Origin: Dicyema japonicum
Lineage: Eukaryota; Animalia; Dicyemida
DNA length: 64,000 bases
NCBI GenBank assembly: GCA_011109175.1
Contig: RDEW01000021.1
Location: forward strand, 617,313 to 681,312
Reading direction: 5' to 3'
A program made the translations under genes and the position numbers. Within the stretch, counting starts at the first letter, position 1. Every line of letters begins with the position of its first letter. Under the pieces are notes generated by a model. It did no database searches. It worked only from the letters and a program-made list of their open reading frames with translations, and had not been told where the DNA came from. This document shows, piece by piece, positions 26,095 through 39,349 of this stretch.

Positions 26095-27720
26095 TTTGAC
26101 GAATGATACCGTCATCAGTGAACATCTCACTGCGGAACTGGATCTTTCAAAAATCGACTCACATTTGAAGATTATTCCTTTGTTCTGCTGACGGATTCAG
26201 TAAGCAGAAATTCTGAAGAAAAAATTGAGTCGAGTGATTTATGTTTGAATTTTGTCCGACTCAAAATTTAAACAACTCATAGAATCAACTGTCAAAAGCA
26301 GCNAAAACAAAAAATTGAAGATTATTCCTTTGTTCTGCTGACGGATTCAGTAAGCAGAAATTCTGAAGAAAAAATTGAGTCGAGTGATTTATGTTTGAAT
26401 TTTGTCCGACTCAAAATTTAAACAACTCATAGAATCAACTGTCAAAAGCAGCACGTGTGAGATAGCTAATATGTCCATGACAATAATAGTTTTTGATTAG
26501 TTATCACAGTCAAGCATTTTTCTGGTGGTGATTTATCACTTCTGGCGACGTCGAATTGAATTCTGAACCCAAAAAGTTGAATTTACTGAGCCTCAACGTG
26601 AATGAACTCAGAAGCAAAGCACAAGAGCTGAAGTTGTTTTTGGAGAGAAACAAAATCGATATCTGCCTTTTACAAGAAACAAGCTTTCTGAAAGTGTCAC
26701 TAGTCTAAATTTCCGTACTGAGAGCGGATCGACCACTGTGTCGCGGAAGGGGTCTACTGATCCTTGTCAGGAAAAGAATTGTGTTCTATGGAAACTCCTC
26801 CGTTTTCTGCCTTCTACAAGAAACAAGCTTTCTGAAAGTGTCACTAGTCTAAATTTCCATACTGAGACCGGATCGACCACTGTGTCGCGGAAGGGGTCTA
26901 CTGATCCTTGTCAGGAAAAGAATTGTGTTCTATGGAAACTCCTCCGTTTTCAGGAAACTGGCTGAAGACTCTAACACACAAGTTATTGGGTTATCGGTAC
27001 AGACTTCTGTCAGAGTTATTGTTATCTGCAAAATCTAAGTTCCCCCTCTAGGATCCTGTGCCAAATGATTTCATTGAATCTATCTGACCTCGATAATGTG
27101 GAAAACTTGCTGGTGTCCGGGGATTTTAATGCCAACCATCATTCGTGGCATGAGAAACAACCTTAAGATACAAGGGGGAATCTATTTCTTTCCCAACTGG
27201 AAAATCTGTCCATTGTGAACTACCCCGTACAGTGACAAAGATTCTGTCACATCGCCGGATATTACTATTTGTCCACCACAGCTTCCACCTCTTATTTCTT
27301 GGTGGGTAAATTATGACTTATGGAGCTACCATAACCCCATTTTGATTAAGATCAACTTTTCTCCATCGACTCGGATAAAAATATGTTACATTATGACTAT
27401 GTTAATGCTGATTGGACAGGATTTGAAAAATACGTTGATTCGTCATTATTGAACCTCCACCCTTATAATTTCAACTCCCTAGATTGGGCAGTATATGAGC
27501 ACTGAACACGGAGATATCCGAAAGTGCAAAAAGTTTACAAAGAAGAAAACTGGGCCGCATATCCACCGCCATAAACAAAAATTGATCACTTTGTTTGAAG
27601 AAAATTATCAACAACCAAATTTATCCGTCGAACATTGACACAAATCTGAAGTTATGGTTGGAGAATTTCTTGAGCGGTCGTTGGGGTCGAGTATGACTTG
27701 GTAATCGATCTTGAAACCAC
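26095..27720 (+). mobile_element. Degenerate APE-type LINE with a 2A-like motif
   Basis: SGDVELNSEP, then LLSLNVNELR..IDICLLQET, SGDFNANHHSW, SPDIT and ADWTGF; internally deleted. Confidence 0.8.
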
Positions 27721-28039
27721 GACAACCACCCTGCCTGCATGGATATTCCCTCATGATTTCGAACGAGATTCCCTCAAATATCCAGCAGCGTTCGTGGAGA
27801 TAGTGTTGACATCGGATTCTCTAGTCGACCCAGTAATTTGACCTTCGATAACGCGATGTAACCGGACGTCTTCTTAGTAAGATGGATCCAATGACATGAG
27901 AGGGGAGGCAACTAAATTTTTAACTAACTAGCCACATAGTTCTAATTGAAAGCATTTCCAACAAGAACTTATTTGTGGGAATGTAAACAACTTGAATGTC
28001 ACGCTACTGCTGCTATCATTTGTGATAGAGGACGTAATG

Positions 28040-28790
28040 AGTATTATTATTATTACCCCCAGGATCACATGGTCAAAAAGAAAGAAATAAAAGTTCTCAT
28101 CTAACTAAGTGATCCCAGACCGACAAAGGTGAGGACGAGTCCGGCGGGGTCGAAAATCCTGAACAGCTCTTCTCATTGGACATGGCATCGGCTCAAAATT
28201 TCTGTATGATTGTAGATAATTCGATAGTATTTGGAATAGAGGGCAGCTCGGTAGAACAGCTTTCTTTAATAGTTTCCGTTGTAGTTCGATTAAAAAGTTT
28301 TCAATGGGTTGGATATTGTGTTCTGGTCCAATTAACTTTATTGCAGTCTCCTCGATTGCAGATAATTTCAATGAGGAAGATCGTGACATTTGCATTGCCC
28401 ATGAAGGACTTGCATACGTCATCGTTGGTCGGATGTAGTTCGATTAAAAAGTTTTCAATGGGTTGGATATTGTGATCTGGTCCAATTAACTTTATTGCAG
28501 TCTCCTCGATTGCAGATAATTTCAATGAGGAAGATCGTGACATTTGCATTGCCCATGAAGGACTTGCATACGTCATCGTTGGTCGGATAAATTGTTTGTA
28601 AATCGTGGCAAGGACACCAGTTTGGTCTCTAAGTGTTTTTGAGAGCATTTTTAAAATTCTCATTTTTTCAGAGCAGAAGTTACTTTGTTTTCAACATGCC
28701 GGATAAAGGTGAGTCCCTGATCAAAGGTTACTCCCAGAATCTTCGGTGTTTTATTAATAGAGATAGCTTCGTTCTTCATGAGTAAGTAAT
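28040..28790 (-). mobile_element. LINE 3' end (GIT* family) with (TAA)n tail
   Basis: KILGVTFD, YKQFIRPTMTYASPSW, terminal RSGIT* and TAATAATAAT tail. Confidence 0.85.
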
Positions 28791-30089
28791 TTATTATAAA
28801 GTAAACACTGCGAGCGCACATAATATGAAACGGTAGGGCTTGCCAACCGACTTTTACNCATTTTTTCAGAGAAGTTACTTTGTTTTCAACATGCCGGATA
28901 AAGGTGAGTCCCTGATCAAAGGTTACTCCCAGAATCTTCGGTGTTTTGTTAATAGATAGCTTCGTTCTTCATGAGTAAGTAATTTATTATAAAGTAAACA
29001 CTGCGAGCACACATAATATGAAACAGTAGGGCTTGCCAACCGACTTTGTTTCTGACAGTCTCCCCAAGAAATCCGTAAACACAGGGTCATCTCTGAAGGT
29101 AAGTACCAGATACTTTAGTGTGGTTTTTGAAACCTCGAACAAAATTTTCGATAGTTCCGCCAACCTTGCACATTTTTCATTCAGCCGTAGGGAATTGTCA
29201 TACGAGGATTTATCCCTTCCAATTTCTGACGCCTTATAGAGCTGGCCACAATAATGGTGATCTACAATAATCTACGTGATTTCTCATTTATTATTTATTC
29301 TACGCATAAAGTGCGCCGAAATAGATTGCTAACCATTAAAGCTGCCACATATAAAACCGAACACGTTGTAATTTTTTAAGGATATTCAACATCCACCGGA
29401 TATAATTATTACTCCTTATTGAATTTATGTANGCAACAATAATGGTGATCTACAATAATCTACGTGATTTCTCATTTATTATTTATTCTACGTATAAAGT
29501 GCGCCGAAATAGATTGCTAACCATTAAAGCTGCCACATATAAAACCGAACACGTCGTAATTTTTTAAGGATATTCGACATCCACCGGATATAATTATTAC
29601 TCCTTATTGAATTTATGTAAATGGGGAGGCTGGTTTGAAGCTGTCCAAAATAATGGATCAAACATCGGAATGCTGTGATTACTCAATTAATCCCATAGTG
29701 AAATTCAATAACTATATTTTGAAAATGACAGTGGAAATTAAGAATTACATATAAAAAATGAAACAAAATGGATTTTAAAACAAAAAAAAATTCAATCAGG
29801 GTCATCTTATTTTGTCAAAATGTCAAGCATCCTATTCATTTGTAGAAAGAGCCATTAAAATGCTCAATATTGTAAAACGATAGGAACTTTAGTTAACTTT
29901 ATGCAACTAGAAAACCACTGTCATAGCCAGATTGAAAGAATTCAGGTGATCCTGCCTCCCTCAGTGGTCTTCGCATGCTCGGGTCCTTTTGAATATAATT
30001 TAGGATTATATATGGCGCCACGAGAGATGGTGAACCACATGACGCACGCTAACAATTCAAGTTACCTGAGGCCAAAAGGGGAGAGGAGG

Positions 30090-30249
30090 AACGGGAGAAA
30101 CAAATAAAAAATTTTCAATTCAAGTAGCCACACAAGATTATCTGTTCGGAGACCGGAGTTCAACAAGGGGACCCACTTGGTACACTTCTCATCGCTCTGG
30201 CCATTGATGAAATTGTCCGCTCTATAAACACACAACTAAACCTCTGGTA
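30090..30249 (+). mobile_element. CRE-like RT fragment running into the gap
   Basis: SETGVQQGDPLG..ALAI..QLNLW(Y), typical of CRE-clade RT before YLDDG. Confidence 0.65.
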
Positions 30250-31429
30250 NNNNNNNNNNNNNNNNNNNNNNNNNNNNNNNNNNNNNNNNNNNNNNNNNNN
30301 NNNNNNNNNNNNNNNNNNNNNNNNNNNNNNNNNNNNNNNNNNNNNNNNNNNNNNNNNNNNNNNNNNNNNNNNNNNNNNNNNNNNNNNNNNNNNNNNNNNN
30401 NNNNNNNNNNNNNNNNNNNNNNNNNNNNNNNNNNNNNNNNNNNNNNNNNNNNNNNNNNNNNNNNNNNNNNNNNNNNNNNNNNNNNNNNNNNNNNNNNNNN
30501 NNNNNNNNNNNNNNNNNNNNNNNNNNNNNNNNNNNNNNNNNNNNNNNNNNNNNNNNNNNNNNNNNNNNNNNNNNNNNNNNNNNNNNNNNNNNNNNNNNNN
30601 NNNNNNNNNNNNNNNNNNNNNNNNNNNNNNNNNNNNNNNNNNNNNNNNNNNNNNNNNNNNNNNNNNNNNNNNNNNNNNNNNNNNNNNNNNNNNNNNNNNN
30701 NNNNNNNNNNNNNNNNNNNNNNNNNNNNNNNNNNNNNNNNNNNNNNNNNNNNNNNNNNNNNNNNNNNNNNNNNNNNNNNNNNNNNNNNNNNNNNNNNNNN
30801 NNNNNNNNNNNNNNNNNNNNNNNNNNNNNNNNNNNNNNNNNNNNNNNNNNNNNNNNNNNNNNNNNNNNNNNNNNNNNNNNNNNNNNNNNNNNNNNNNNNN
30901 NNNNNNNNNNNNNNNNNNNNNNNNNNNNNNNNNNNNNNNNNNNNNNNNNNNNNNNNNNNNNNNNNNNNNNNNNNNNNNNNNNNNNNNNNNNNNNNNNNNN
31001 NNNNNNNNNNNNNNNNNNNNNNNNNNNNNNNNNNNNNNNNNNNNNNNNNNNNNNNNNNNNNNNNNNNNNNNNNNNNNNNNNNNNNNNNNNNNNNNNNNNN
31101 NNNNNNNNNNNNNNNNNNNNNNNNNNNNNNNNNNNNNNNNNNNNNNNNNNNNNNNNNNNNNNNNNNNNNNNNTTCAACGGTAAGCAGCTGATAATGGGAT
31201 TAAAAGATATGCTGAAATTGTCTTTTAATCACCATCCATTTTGAACACATCAATAATTCGAGATTTAATATCTCCTCTGTTTTGTTGATTTTCTTGTGAC
31301 CTATCCATATGGGAACTATTCTCATTTGAATGTGAAATGGTATAGTTATCAACACGCATCAACACGAGAGCGGTCCCTGACTCAACAACATTCCTAAAAG
31401 AGTTTTGGGTGCCTTTCTGGATGGTGAAT

Positions 31430-31631
31430 GGGTCCGTATTGTGATCTTATTACGACTCGGATTAAAAGTCGGTGTGCTGCATTCCCGTCGATGCGGAGAC
31501 CAGAAAGATTGTTTTGGTCTACACCCTCTCGGGTCCGTATTGTGATCTTATTACGACTCGGATTAAAAGTCGGTGTGCTGCATTCGCGTCGATGCGGAGA
31601 CCAGATAGATTGTTTTGGTCTACACCCTCTC
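31430..31631. repeat. Two tandem copies of a 101-bp unit
   Basis: GGGTCCGTATTGTGATC...CACCCTCTC repeated with 2 mismatches; may be an assembly artefact. Confidence 0.8.
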
Positions 31632-31949
31632 TCCTACAGGATAGTAACCTACTCATTCTCCCCTTGCAACCTACATCAAAGTGTCTCTGGAGCCTGTTCT
31701 GCCGCTGACAAGGCCGAGAGGTCAAAACTGTTTTTGTTCCGCTGGGGGTTGAAACGACTGGTTTTCTTGCGCCTGCGACGATAGAATTTTTGAGTCGTTT
31801 AGGGAATCGGACACGAACTGGAGATCCCCATGAGCTCTGCTGGTTGCTTGCTCGCCATCCTGAGAGGGAATTGCCACAAAGTCAGGGTTGACAATTTGAT
31901 CATTTTATTTTGTCATTAATAAATAATTTTACACGCAATGTGATATAAA

Positions 31950-33000
31950 TAGCTCTTATTGAGTAAACTAAGCACTCATCCGACAGTTTTGACGACTTGA
32001 TCATTCTCAATAATCCAAGTAAACAGGGGAAAATTTTTATGAAGTCGATCCACCCTAAATTCAAGTCATGGTTGACTAATTTCATCAACGGTCGAATCGA
32101 CCAAGTGGTGGCAAACAACCACAAATCAAAACCACCATACTTTCCAAATGGAGTTCCTAAAGGATCACCGTTGTCACCGACGCTAATCAATATGTTCCTC
32201 ACTGACCTCTCCTCTCCAACTACCAGAAATTCAATTCTTTTATCGTACACTGATGATTTCATGATTGCAGCGAAACCTCTAAGAATCGAGGAGGCGACAA
32301 GGTCCGTGCAAGATCTACTAAACCTGATGGGCCTTTGGTTCATGAAGAACCGTATATCACCAGGAAAGTCACATGTAATGACGTTTACGAAGAGATATAC
32401 TGGCAACACCACGAATAAAATTGTATGACTCCCCGCTTCCCATTAAGAAGACCCTTTCAATCCTTGGAGTCATCCTGGATCCTCTCCTCACATTCACTCA
32501 TCAAGTGGACCTAGTAACCGCGAAAATCCAAAAGAAAATTGGAATTCTCAAGGCTTTCACTCACTCTCCAATATCTTCCCGCCCATCGTTAGAGCTTCTA
32601 TAAAAACATTTCGTTCTACCGAGTATCGAGTACGCCTGTGCTGCATGGATTGCCCCCTTATCACTATCGGCACAGAGCAAGCTGGAAGTTTTACAAAAAC
32701 GATGTCTCAGAATATTATTGAGATAGTCGAAAAAGAAGTCCACTTCGTTACTACGGAGAACACTAAACGCCCCATCAATCATGGAATACCTCACGAAACG
32801 CCACCGGGACTTTTCCGACTGGAATCAAACTATATCTGTACGCCTTCCCGAGATACGAGAAGAAACCTTCCCTATTGAGGAGATTAATCCAAGACTCCAA
32901 AACTAAGCGCAAGAAAAGGAATGATGTGGAAACTGGGATCACTTAATTAGACGACAACTCTTATCCTTTTTCTCGTGATTCCTGAGTTAATAAATTATAG
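31950..33000 (+). mobile_element. LINE RT plus 3' end (GIT* family)
   Basis: WLTNFINGR, NGVPKGSPLSPTL, SYTDDF, ILGVILD, IEYACAAW and terminal VETGIT*. Confidence 0.9.
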
Positions 33001-33493
33001 TACTTTAATCAATATCATAATCGATTAACAATAAAAGATATTAATCAATTGAAATAAACGTTTGATGACTAATTATAATAATCTTATTAATTTCTTGATA
33101 ACTAAAGGTATCACTGAGTGGGGGCTATTGGGAGCGTCCAGGACTCTCAACTGGAGGCCTGGTAGCAGCAGGCATCTTATATATTAGTGAGGTCGGGGTA
33201 ACTTACATTGAGTAACTTAGGTGGGCGAGAATAAACAATTATGACTTAATAAAAATTAATAAAATTTATGATAATAAAATTTTAAAAATTACTAAAACAT
33301 ACGAATTAAGTGGGGATTTATGATCACTTGTTAACTTAAATCACTTCTTAGAAGCAAAAGACATTATCCACGCGAGTGAGACAAGCCGATTTTGTTTAAT
33401 AACTCCCAGATATACCGGAAAGGGAAAAGTAATATAAATAACAAATATTTATTACAAAAAAATAAATTACATAGTTCACATCACATCACACAA

Positions 33494-35182
33494 TCACAAC
33501 TCACCATTAATAGTTCTTGATTCTTTCTGTTTCTTCAATTTATAGTCATATATGGATATCTACTAGTAACACCAATCACTACTCGTCTGGTCTTAGGAAT
33601 AATGTCTTCTGTTTGGGTCCTCGATTTATTCTCAAAGTCATGTGAGAACTCTCCAATGGACTCACTATGAGGATTCCACTGGTCACACGAGTCATTGCTT
33701 ATGTCGCTAAAATGCTGTCCATTGACTTGCTCACTGTCGGATACTTTCTCCGTAAGCACAAGAGTCGATAACACGCGTCTGAAGAAACACAAACTCTTAG
33801 CCGCTGTAGAAAGTTCTCTCCAGCCACATTCCACAATACCAGAGGCCTCACTAAGAAACGACAGCCTTGTCCGGAATTTCTCATAATTAATCGGGGATTT
33901 TTCACGCTTTATTTTAGGTGGCTTTGCAGGTTTTACTTTCTTCAACACTTTAGCACTCGAATCTTCCTTTTTGTGCCTCTTTCCCTTCACTCCTGCCTTC
34001 CTGGCTTCAAGCTCCGCCTCCTTCTGCGCCATCTGGTTAAAGTACTCCACATATGACTGGATTTTCCTATCCTCACGGTTCTAAACTATTTCATCAATGA
34101 TACCAGCGATTTGGTTTCCACTGCATCAAAAGACGACCTCTTTGGAGGGGCAACACTCTCCGCTCGTGACTCATTACTCCGTCGTTTAATAGGGGCAATG
34201 GGGGGTTTTACCTCGACCACTTCTTTCGCATTTTTGCAGTCTCCACCACAATGAACACAGTCATGACGCACATTCCCCCTGAAATAACAACTACTCCTTA
34301 CATTTCAGCACTAAATGGTATAGTCAACTCATCCCCCTTTCTCACAGTTGCCGTACTCATCAAATTTGCAACCAACACCTCTGACTCCATCTCCAAACGA
34401 AACTACATAATAAAATAACTATACTCGACTGTTGGGAGTGCACGACCTACCAAGTCGCGAATAAAACTCCCCCGACAAGTCAACACTGTAGAACTTCTTG
34501 TGACGAGTCACGTGATACTTCCCTGAGCCATCAGCAGGCAAAGACCTGCCTACATCAACAACAACAGTAGAAGAGAACATTGTCTCCCTGGCCTTAAAAT
34601 CCTTGGATGCCACAGTCATTCCTCTCTCGTTCAAACTCAGAGGTAATTCAACTTGCTCAGGTTCTTCCTCGGTCTCTTCTTCCTTGGGGGACACAAAAAT
34701 GTCCTCATCCCAGCAAATTTTTGTGCTAAAGACATCTTCTTTGTTGGGTTTCCGGGTAAAACCGCTACGGGGTTCATTCTTAGAGTTAATACAAGAAATA
34801 CATTCCGTTTAGTGTAGACACGTGTGTTCTCCGTCTTCCGTTTTCCTGAGTCATCCTTCTGGGAAGCACGTTTGTTGTTACCGCAGAGAAATTTTGCTAC
34901 GTGGCAGTCTCGACAGAGAATGAAGGGTTGCACGTCCTCAGTTGTCTTCATAAATGACGCCTGTTCGGTGACTTCGTTGCTACAATGAAGGAAACGAAAT
35001 AACCGACAGTAAGAGCATACCAGAGGTGGGAATGAGGTCTCTACATGTTCTACGGGAATGTCACTAATGGCCTGTGATGAGGACCCATAGTTGTGGTCCT
35101 AGGAATGAGTTTAGGCCGATACCTCTAGTAGATGGATCTTTATTTCATCACTTTTCTCCAAGCTTCCCTTGTCAACCGTCAT
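33494..35182 (-). CDS. KMT2E(MLL5)/SETD5-like SET-domain protein, about 509 aa, 7 introns (20-24 nt)
   Basis: DHNYG motif, degenerate PHD cysteines, SET segment SRLGRSCTPNS..KGDELTIPF, NREDRKIQ and RRISIYDYK motifs corresponding to MLL5/SETD5 blocks; frame-consistent splicing. Confidence 0.8.
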
Positions 35183-35724
35183 CTTTATTACTAAAAATTA
35201 GTCTATACTCAATCTTCTATGAATGCAGAAGGCTGTAAGTGATTATATTAGCGAAATCAGAAAAAATATAGTCAAATCTAATCATACCACATGAATAATA
35301 AAATATTTGAATTTAAACATAAAATTAATTCAATTATTTGAAAAATTAAGCTTTTATTTAAATTAATTTAATAAATCCTTTTATCAACAATCAGTGAGTT
35401 TTCTAAAAAAATAAAAAATGAATTCAATTGTCCACATTGGTATATTGACTAAGCGGTTGTTTTTTTTATTTCGCTTCAATTATCCCCACAAATTGACTTT
35501 TTAAATCTCCAATGTGCTTTAATCCTTAAAACCTCAAACCTTGTTGGCCCATTTGTGGATTAGTCGATCATATTCAATAATAAAATGTCTTCCACGACCA
35601 CCGTTATAGATTATTGTCATGTTTTGTTGCAATAATATTTTTAATTTATATTAATTATTTCATTAAATTAAAGTTATAATTTCTATTACAGTCATTTCTA
35701 TTACAATGAGATCAATATTTACCA

Positions 35725-35990
35725 GGTGGCGTGGTGGGATCATGTAACCTAATGGTTAGCACTACCGCTCGTGTCGCCATTAGCTGTGCGTTCGAAGCAC
35801 ACACCGCTACCTTCTGTCGAAGGATTCCTTTCTGCCTTTTGGCTTCTTTAATTCCCAAGGACTCTGGACACGCCCACCGCCTGGCCCACTTCGAAAAAGG
35901 ATCCCCCTTTTCTCTACTCCAGTGGAGGAGTTCTCACATGCGAACTAAATAAAACTCCTTTCATGTATATCCGTGGTTATTAAAATTAAT
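35725..35990 (+). mobile_element. tRNA-derived SINE
   Basis: GGTGGCG/CGCTACC acceptor-like stem, TGGTTAGCAC, T-arm TGTGC-GTTCGAA-GCACA; then core GCCTGGCC..AAAAGGATCC and tail GTATATCCGTGGTTATT shared with 7766-8070. Confidence 0.75.
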
Positions 35991-36599
35991 AGTGTGAAAA
36001 TTTAAGTCTAGTGTCATGGTTACTTGTAGCCATAACAACAATAATTAGTGCATATTATGTCATTTTTGGATATTACAGAAATATTAATGTAATTAAAAGT
36101 TTTAATAAAATAACTGGACTTAAAAAACCTGGTGTGGTTGATTGTATGTCTGCTTTCTCAAGTACGAAAACAAATCCTGATGGCCTTCCTAAAAAATACA
36201 CGATCCGAGGTAGGACATTTGGCTCCAGGGCTGCATGAACTTACTGGGGTTAGTGGTGGACCACAACGGTCTTTACCATACCATCTACTACCTTTGAGGA
36301 CAGTGATCGCCATTGTTTGTCACAATGACAAGTGTCAGTGAAGTCGTCGGTTGTTCCAAAGCCAGATTAGGGAGGATTTCTTGTTTTGGCTGGCAATTGA
36401 TTGCCTACACATTTAATGAGAGGTTTTCGACCAGCAAGGGAATTTCATGTCAAGAAATTACTTAAGGAAGGGATTCCAAAGAAAGGTAGTGTTGAATTTG
36501 GGAAGTTTCTCACAAATCAAATTTCTATATATGGAAATTGTGTGGGGGAGTTAAAGATTTAAATCAAATTTGTTCACTTGATTTCACTTGATGCGAGGG

Positions 36600-38000
36600 C
36601 TTCGACCCGGAAAATCCCATTTATGCTTGTCAAAACAGATGTGCATACTGCACATAATGCAGCCATTGCAAATTACACGGCTATCCACCAGCCAAGGATC
36701 TTAACGAAGTCACAGATATAATCTACGCAGGACAACGGGCATATGACGTTCTACCGTGGAAGTTACCAACATCAAGTAAATGGAAGGAGAATACTGAAAA
36801 GAGGATAGTCAGTCATTACAGACAAAATTAGAGTACTGTAGAAATGACTCACAAAGTCTAAGATCTTTTAACGTTGTTGGAAAATGAATAACTGGGGTAG
36901 AAGAGTCTCCAGTTGATATAACTCGTGATTTTATCAAGAACATAATTGAATGTTCACCTAATTGGAAATCATCTATGTGCGATGGTGTCTGTTTTTTGTT
37001 AAGAAATTTGAGACCTTTAACGATATTTTGTGTGAGGAGCTATTTAAAATTGTTAGTGGAGAATACTCATTGGACATGTGGCTTTATACTGGAGTAACCT
37101 ATCTAATTCCTAAAAAATAACTTGTGGATCACCAGATGATTTGCGTCCAATCACGTGCATGCCTATTTTATATAAAATATTAATTAAATGTGTTAATTAC
37201 AAACTTACTGATAATATGAAAGTATTCGATCTTGTCTCTGACAATCAGATGGGAGCTAAGAGGAGGTGTCAAGGCGCCAAAGAGCAAGCCTTGATCAATC
37301 AGTGTATAAACGATGAATATGGGAATAATTTATTTGCAACTTGGATTGACGTTTAGAAAGCAAATGATTCAGTCGACCATGATTTTCTGTGTCATGTATT
37401 GGACTGTTCGGGGCTTCCAAATTGGATAAGATATTTCGTGAAGATGGAGAGCAGAATTGAAGCGTGGAATACTGCAAAGAGACTCTTTGTCTCCCCAACT
37501 TTTTGTTTTGGTAACAGATCCGTTGAGCAAAATCCTGAACAAGTTTTCAAAATTATCAATTTGTCAAAGTGTCTCGTCAGTGGTAACGTATTCAACAAAC
37601 CATTTGTTATTTGTCGATGATCTGAAGATACTTGCGGAGAAAGAAGATACAATGGTTAGTGATGAAAGAGATTGATGCTGTTGTTGGTCTCAAGAGAAGT
37701 TATGAAAAGTTGGAAACCAATCTTAATCCACAAATAAAGTGAAATTTCTTACTGATATGTAAAGAACATTAGACATTTCGCAAAGGTAGGATGGAATCAT
37801 GCGGGTCCTGAAAACAAAGAAAACGTATATGACTAGGATCGATTCCTATTTTTCAAGTAAAAGATGGATCTAACTCAAGTTAATATAAAGACTATCAGAG
37901 AAAGCCAGGAGAATGGCTTGATTGATTCTATTGGGAAGAAGCCACTCCACTCTATGCTGTTTAACAGTTACGAAGATGGAAACGTTGTTCTGGCCGGATC
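36600..38000 (+). mobile_element. RLE-type (R4/Dong-like) non-LTR RT relic
   Basis: LRPITCMPILYK, NQMGAKRRCQGAKEQALIN, WIDV, RGILQRDSLSP and NHLLFVDDLK. Confidence 0.88.
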
Positions 38001-38499
38001 TTGATCTAACCGGGGGAAAATATACACAATCCTCTCCTAGATACTTCCACTCTAGTATTAAATTGAAGCCTTCAAAATAATGAATCCTCCATAATAGGAA
38101 ATAAATTGGAGAATTGAGTTTGTAATTAACAAATCAGTGTATAACATAGCATTTGAAATGACCGATAATTAAAGATGACACGTGTGATTGGTGTATCCTC
38201 GAATCATTGTCACATTTATTCTGGACCAACTCGAAGTCCGTTTGATTGGGATACCTTTAGTATTTCGACACTGAAATGTAGACATCGTGGCCAATTCAGA
38301 TGATCCACAGAAACTAAACCACAAGCACGTGACACGTCTTTGTGGTATTTTATAAAAAATTGAAGCGGTCAGAATCGAGAAAATTACTGAAAATACCTCC
38401 AACGTTAAAATAGCCACGTGGATATTTTGAAATTGGTACTTGATTAAAAGAACCACTTCATGCAAGTATCTGAGGAGAAAGGACAAATGGCTACTTCCT

Positions 38500-39110
38500 T
38501 GACACCACAGAATGCAACCGCGATTTAGTTGAATGCATGGCTCAATCTACTGCTTATAAAAGGTTTCTGTAACTCTGAGAGACCCTTCAGTGGTTTATTC
38601 TTATTTTTACATTTTGTAATCACATATGTCAAAAATCACCCCAAAGGGTCTTTTGAGATTTATTGTAGGGATAATATGGCTGTTAACTTTTAATTCGAGC
38701 TTCTGTCTCCCCAGTCCCATGTCTGATGTAAAAAGAGTTGTGACGGACTTTTCAAGACTGGTCGTCAGACTATTTTTGATAAGGAGTCGTTGAGACGAAT
38801 TTTCTGACTGATATGTAAAGAACATCGGATGTGTAAAAAACCAGGTTTTGCTGCAGTCTTGAAGTGTCAGACCCGATTGACTAATGCTAGGACGATGTCG
38901 TCATCATTAGTGAGAAGGATATCATTTTCGTCTTCCAATGCCAATAAGTCGGCCATAAATAGATTGAATAACAAAGGAGTTAATAGGGATCCTTCGGGAA
39001 CACCATTAAGAAGATATCGTGAATAGATTTCGGCTGTTCGACGCATGTACGACCCCTCCGACCGCAAAGCAGCTAGCTAGAGTTTATGCTTATCAAGATT
39101 CTTGTTTGAA
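38500..39110 (-). mobile_element. LINE RT relic
   Basis: NGVPEGSLLTPLLFNLFMADL..TNDDDI and FGVIFD. Confidence 0.75.
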
Positions 39111-39349
39111 AAACTTCCCAAGTAAGAATATTCCTTGACACTAAGGTGAATCATTATGCATGTCGACGGAACGAAGTACATCTTCAGATGTCCAGGCCCG
39201 TGTGATGAGAAATAGGAAGAGACACCACCACAAGCTTGTGTGATGAGAATTACATTATAAATAAGCCGGGAGATGGGAGTTAATATTTTATTAAAAATTA
39301 AAATATTAAAATATTAATTAAATTTTTAAGTTAATTTAAATTCAAAGTC

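Noticed and set aside
30236-31177. Long poly-X ORFs (also 46370-47170 and 55849-56313)
   Set aside because: Artefacts of N gaps.
35725-35811. Possible tRNA gene (also 57700-57760)
   Set aside because: The D and anticodon arms are irregular and the sequence continues into repeat core and tail; interpreted as SINE heads.
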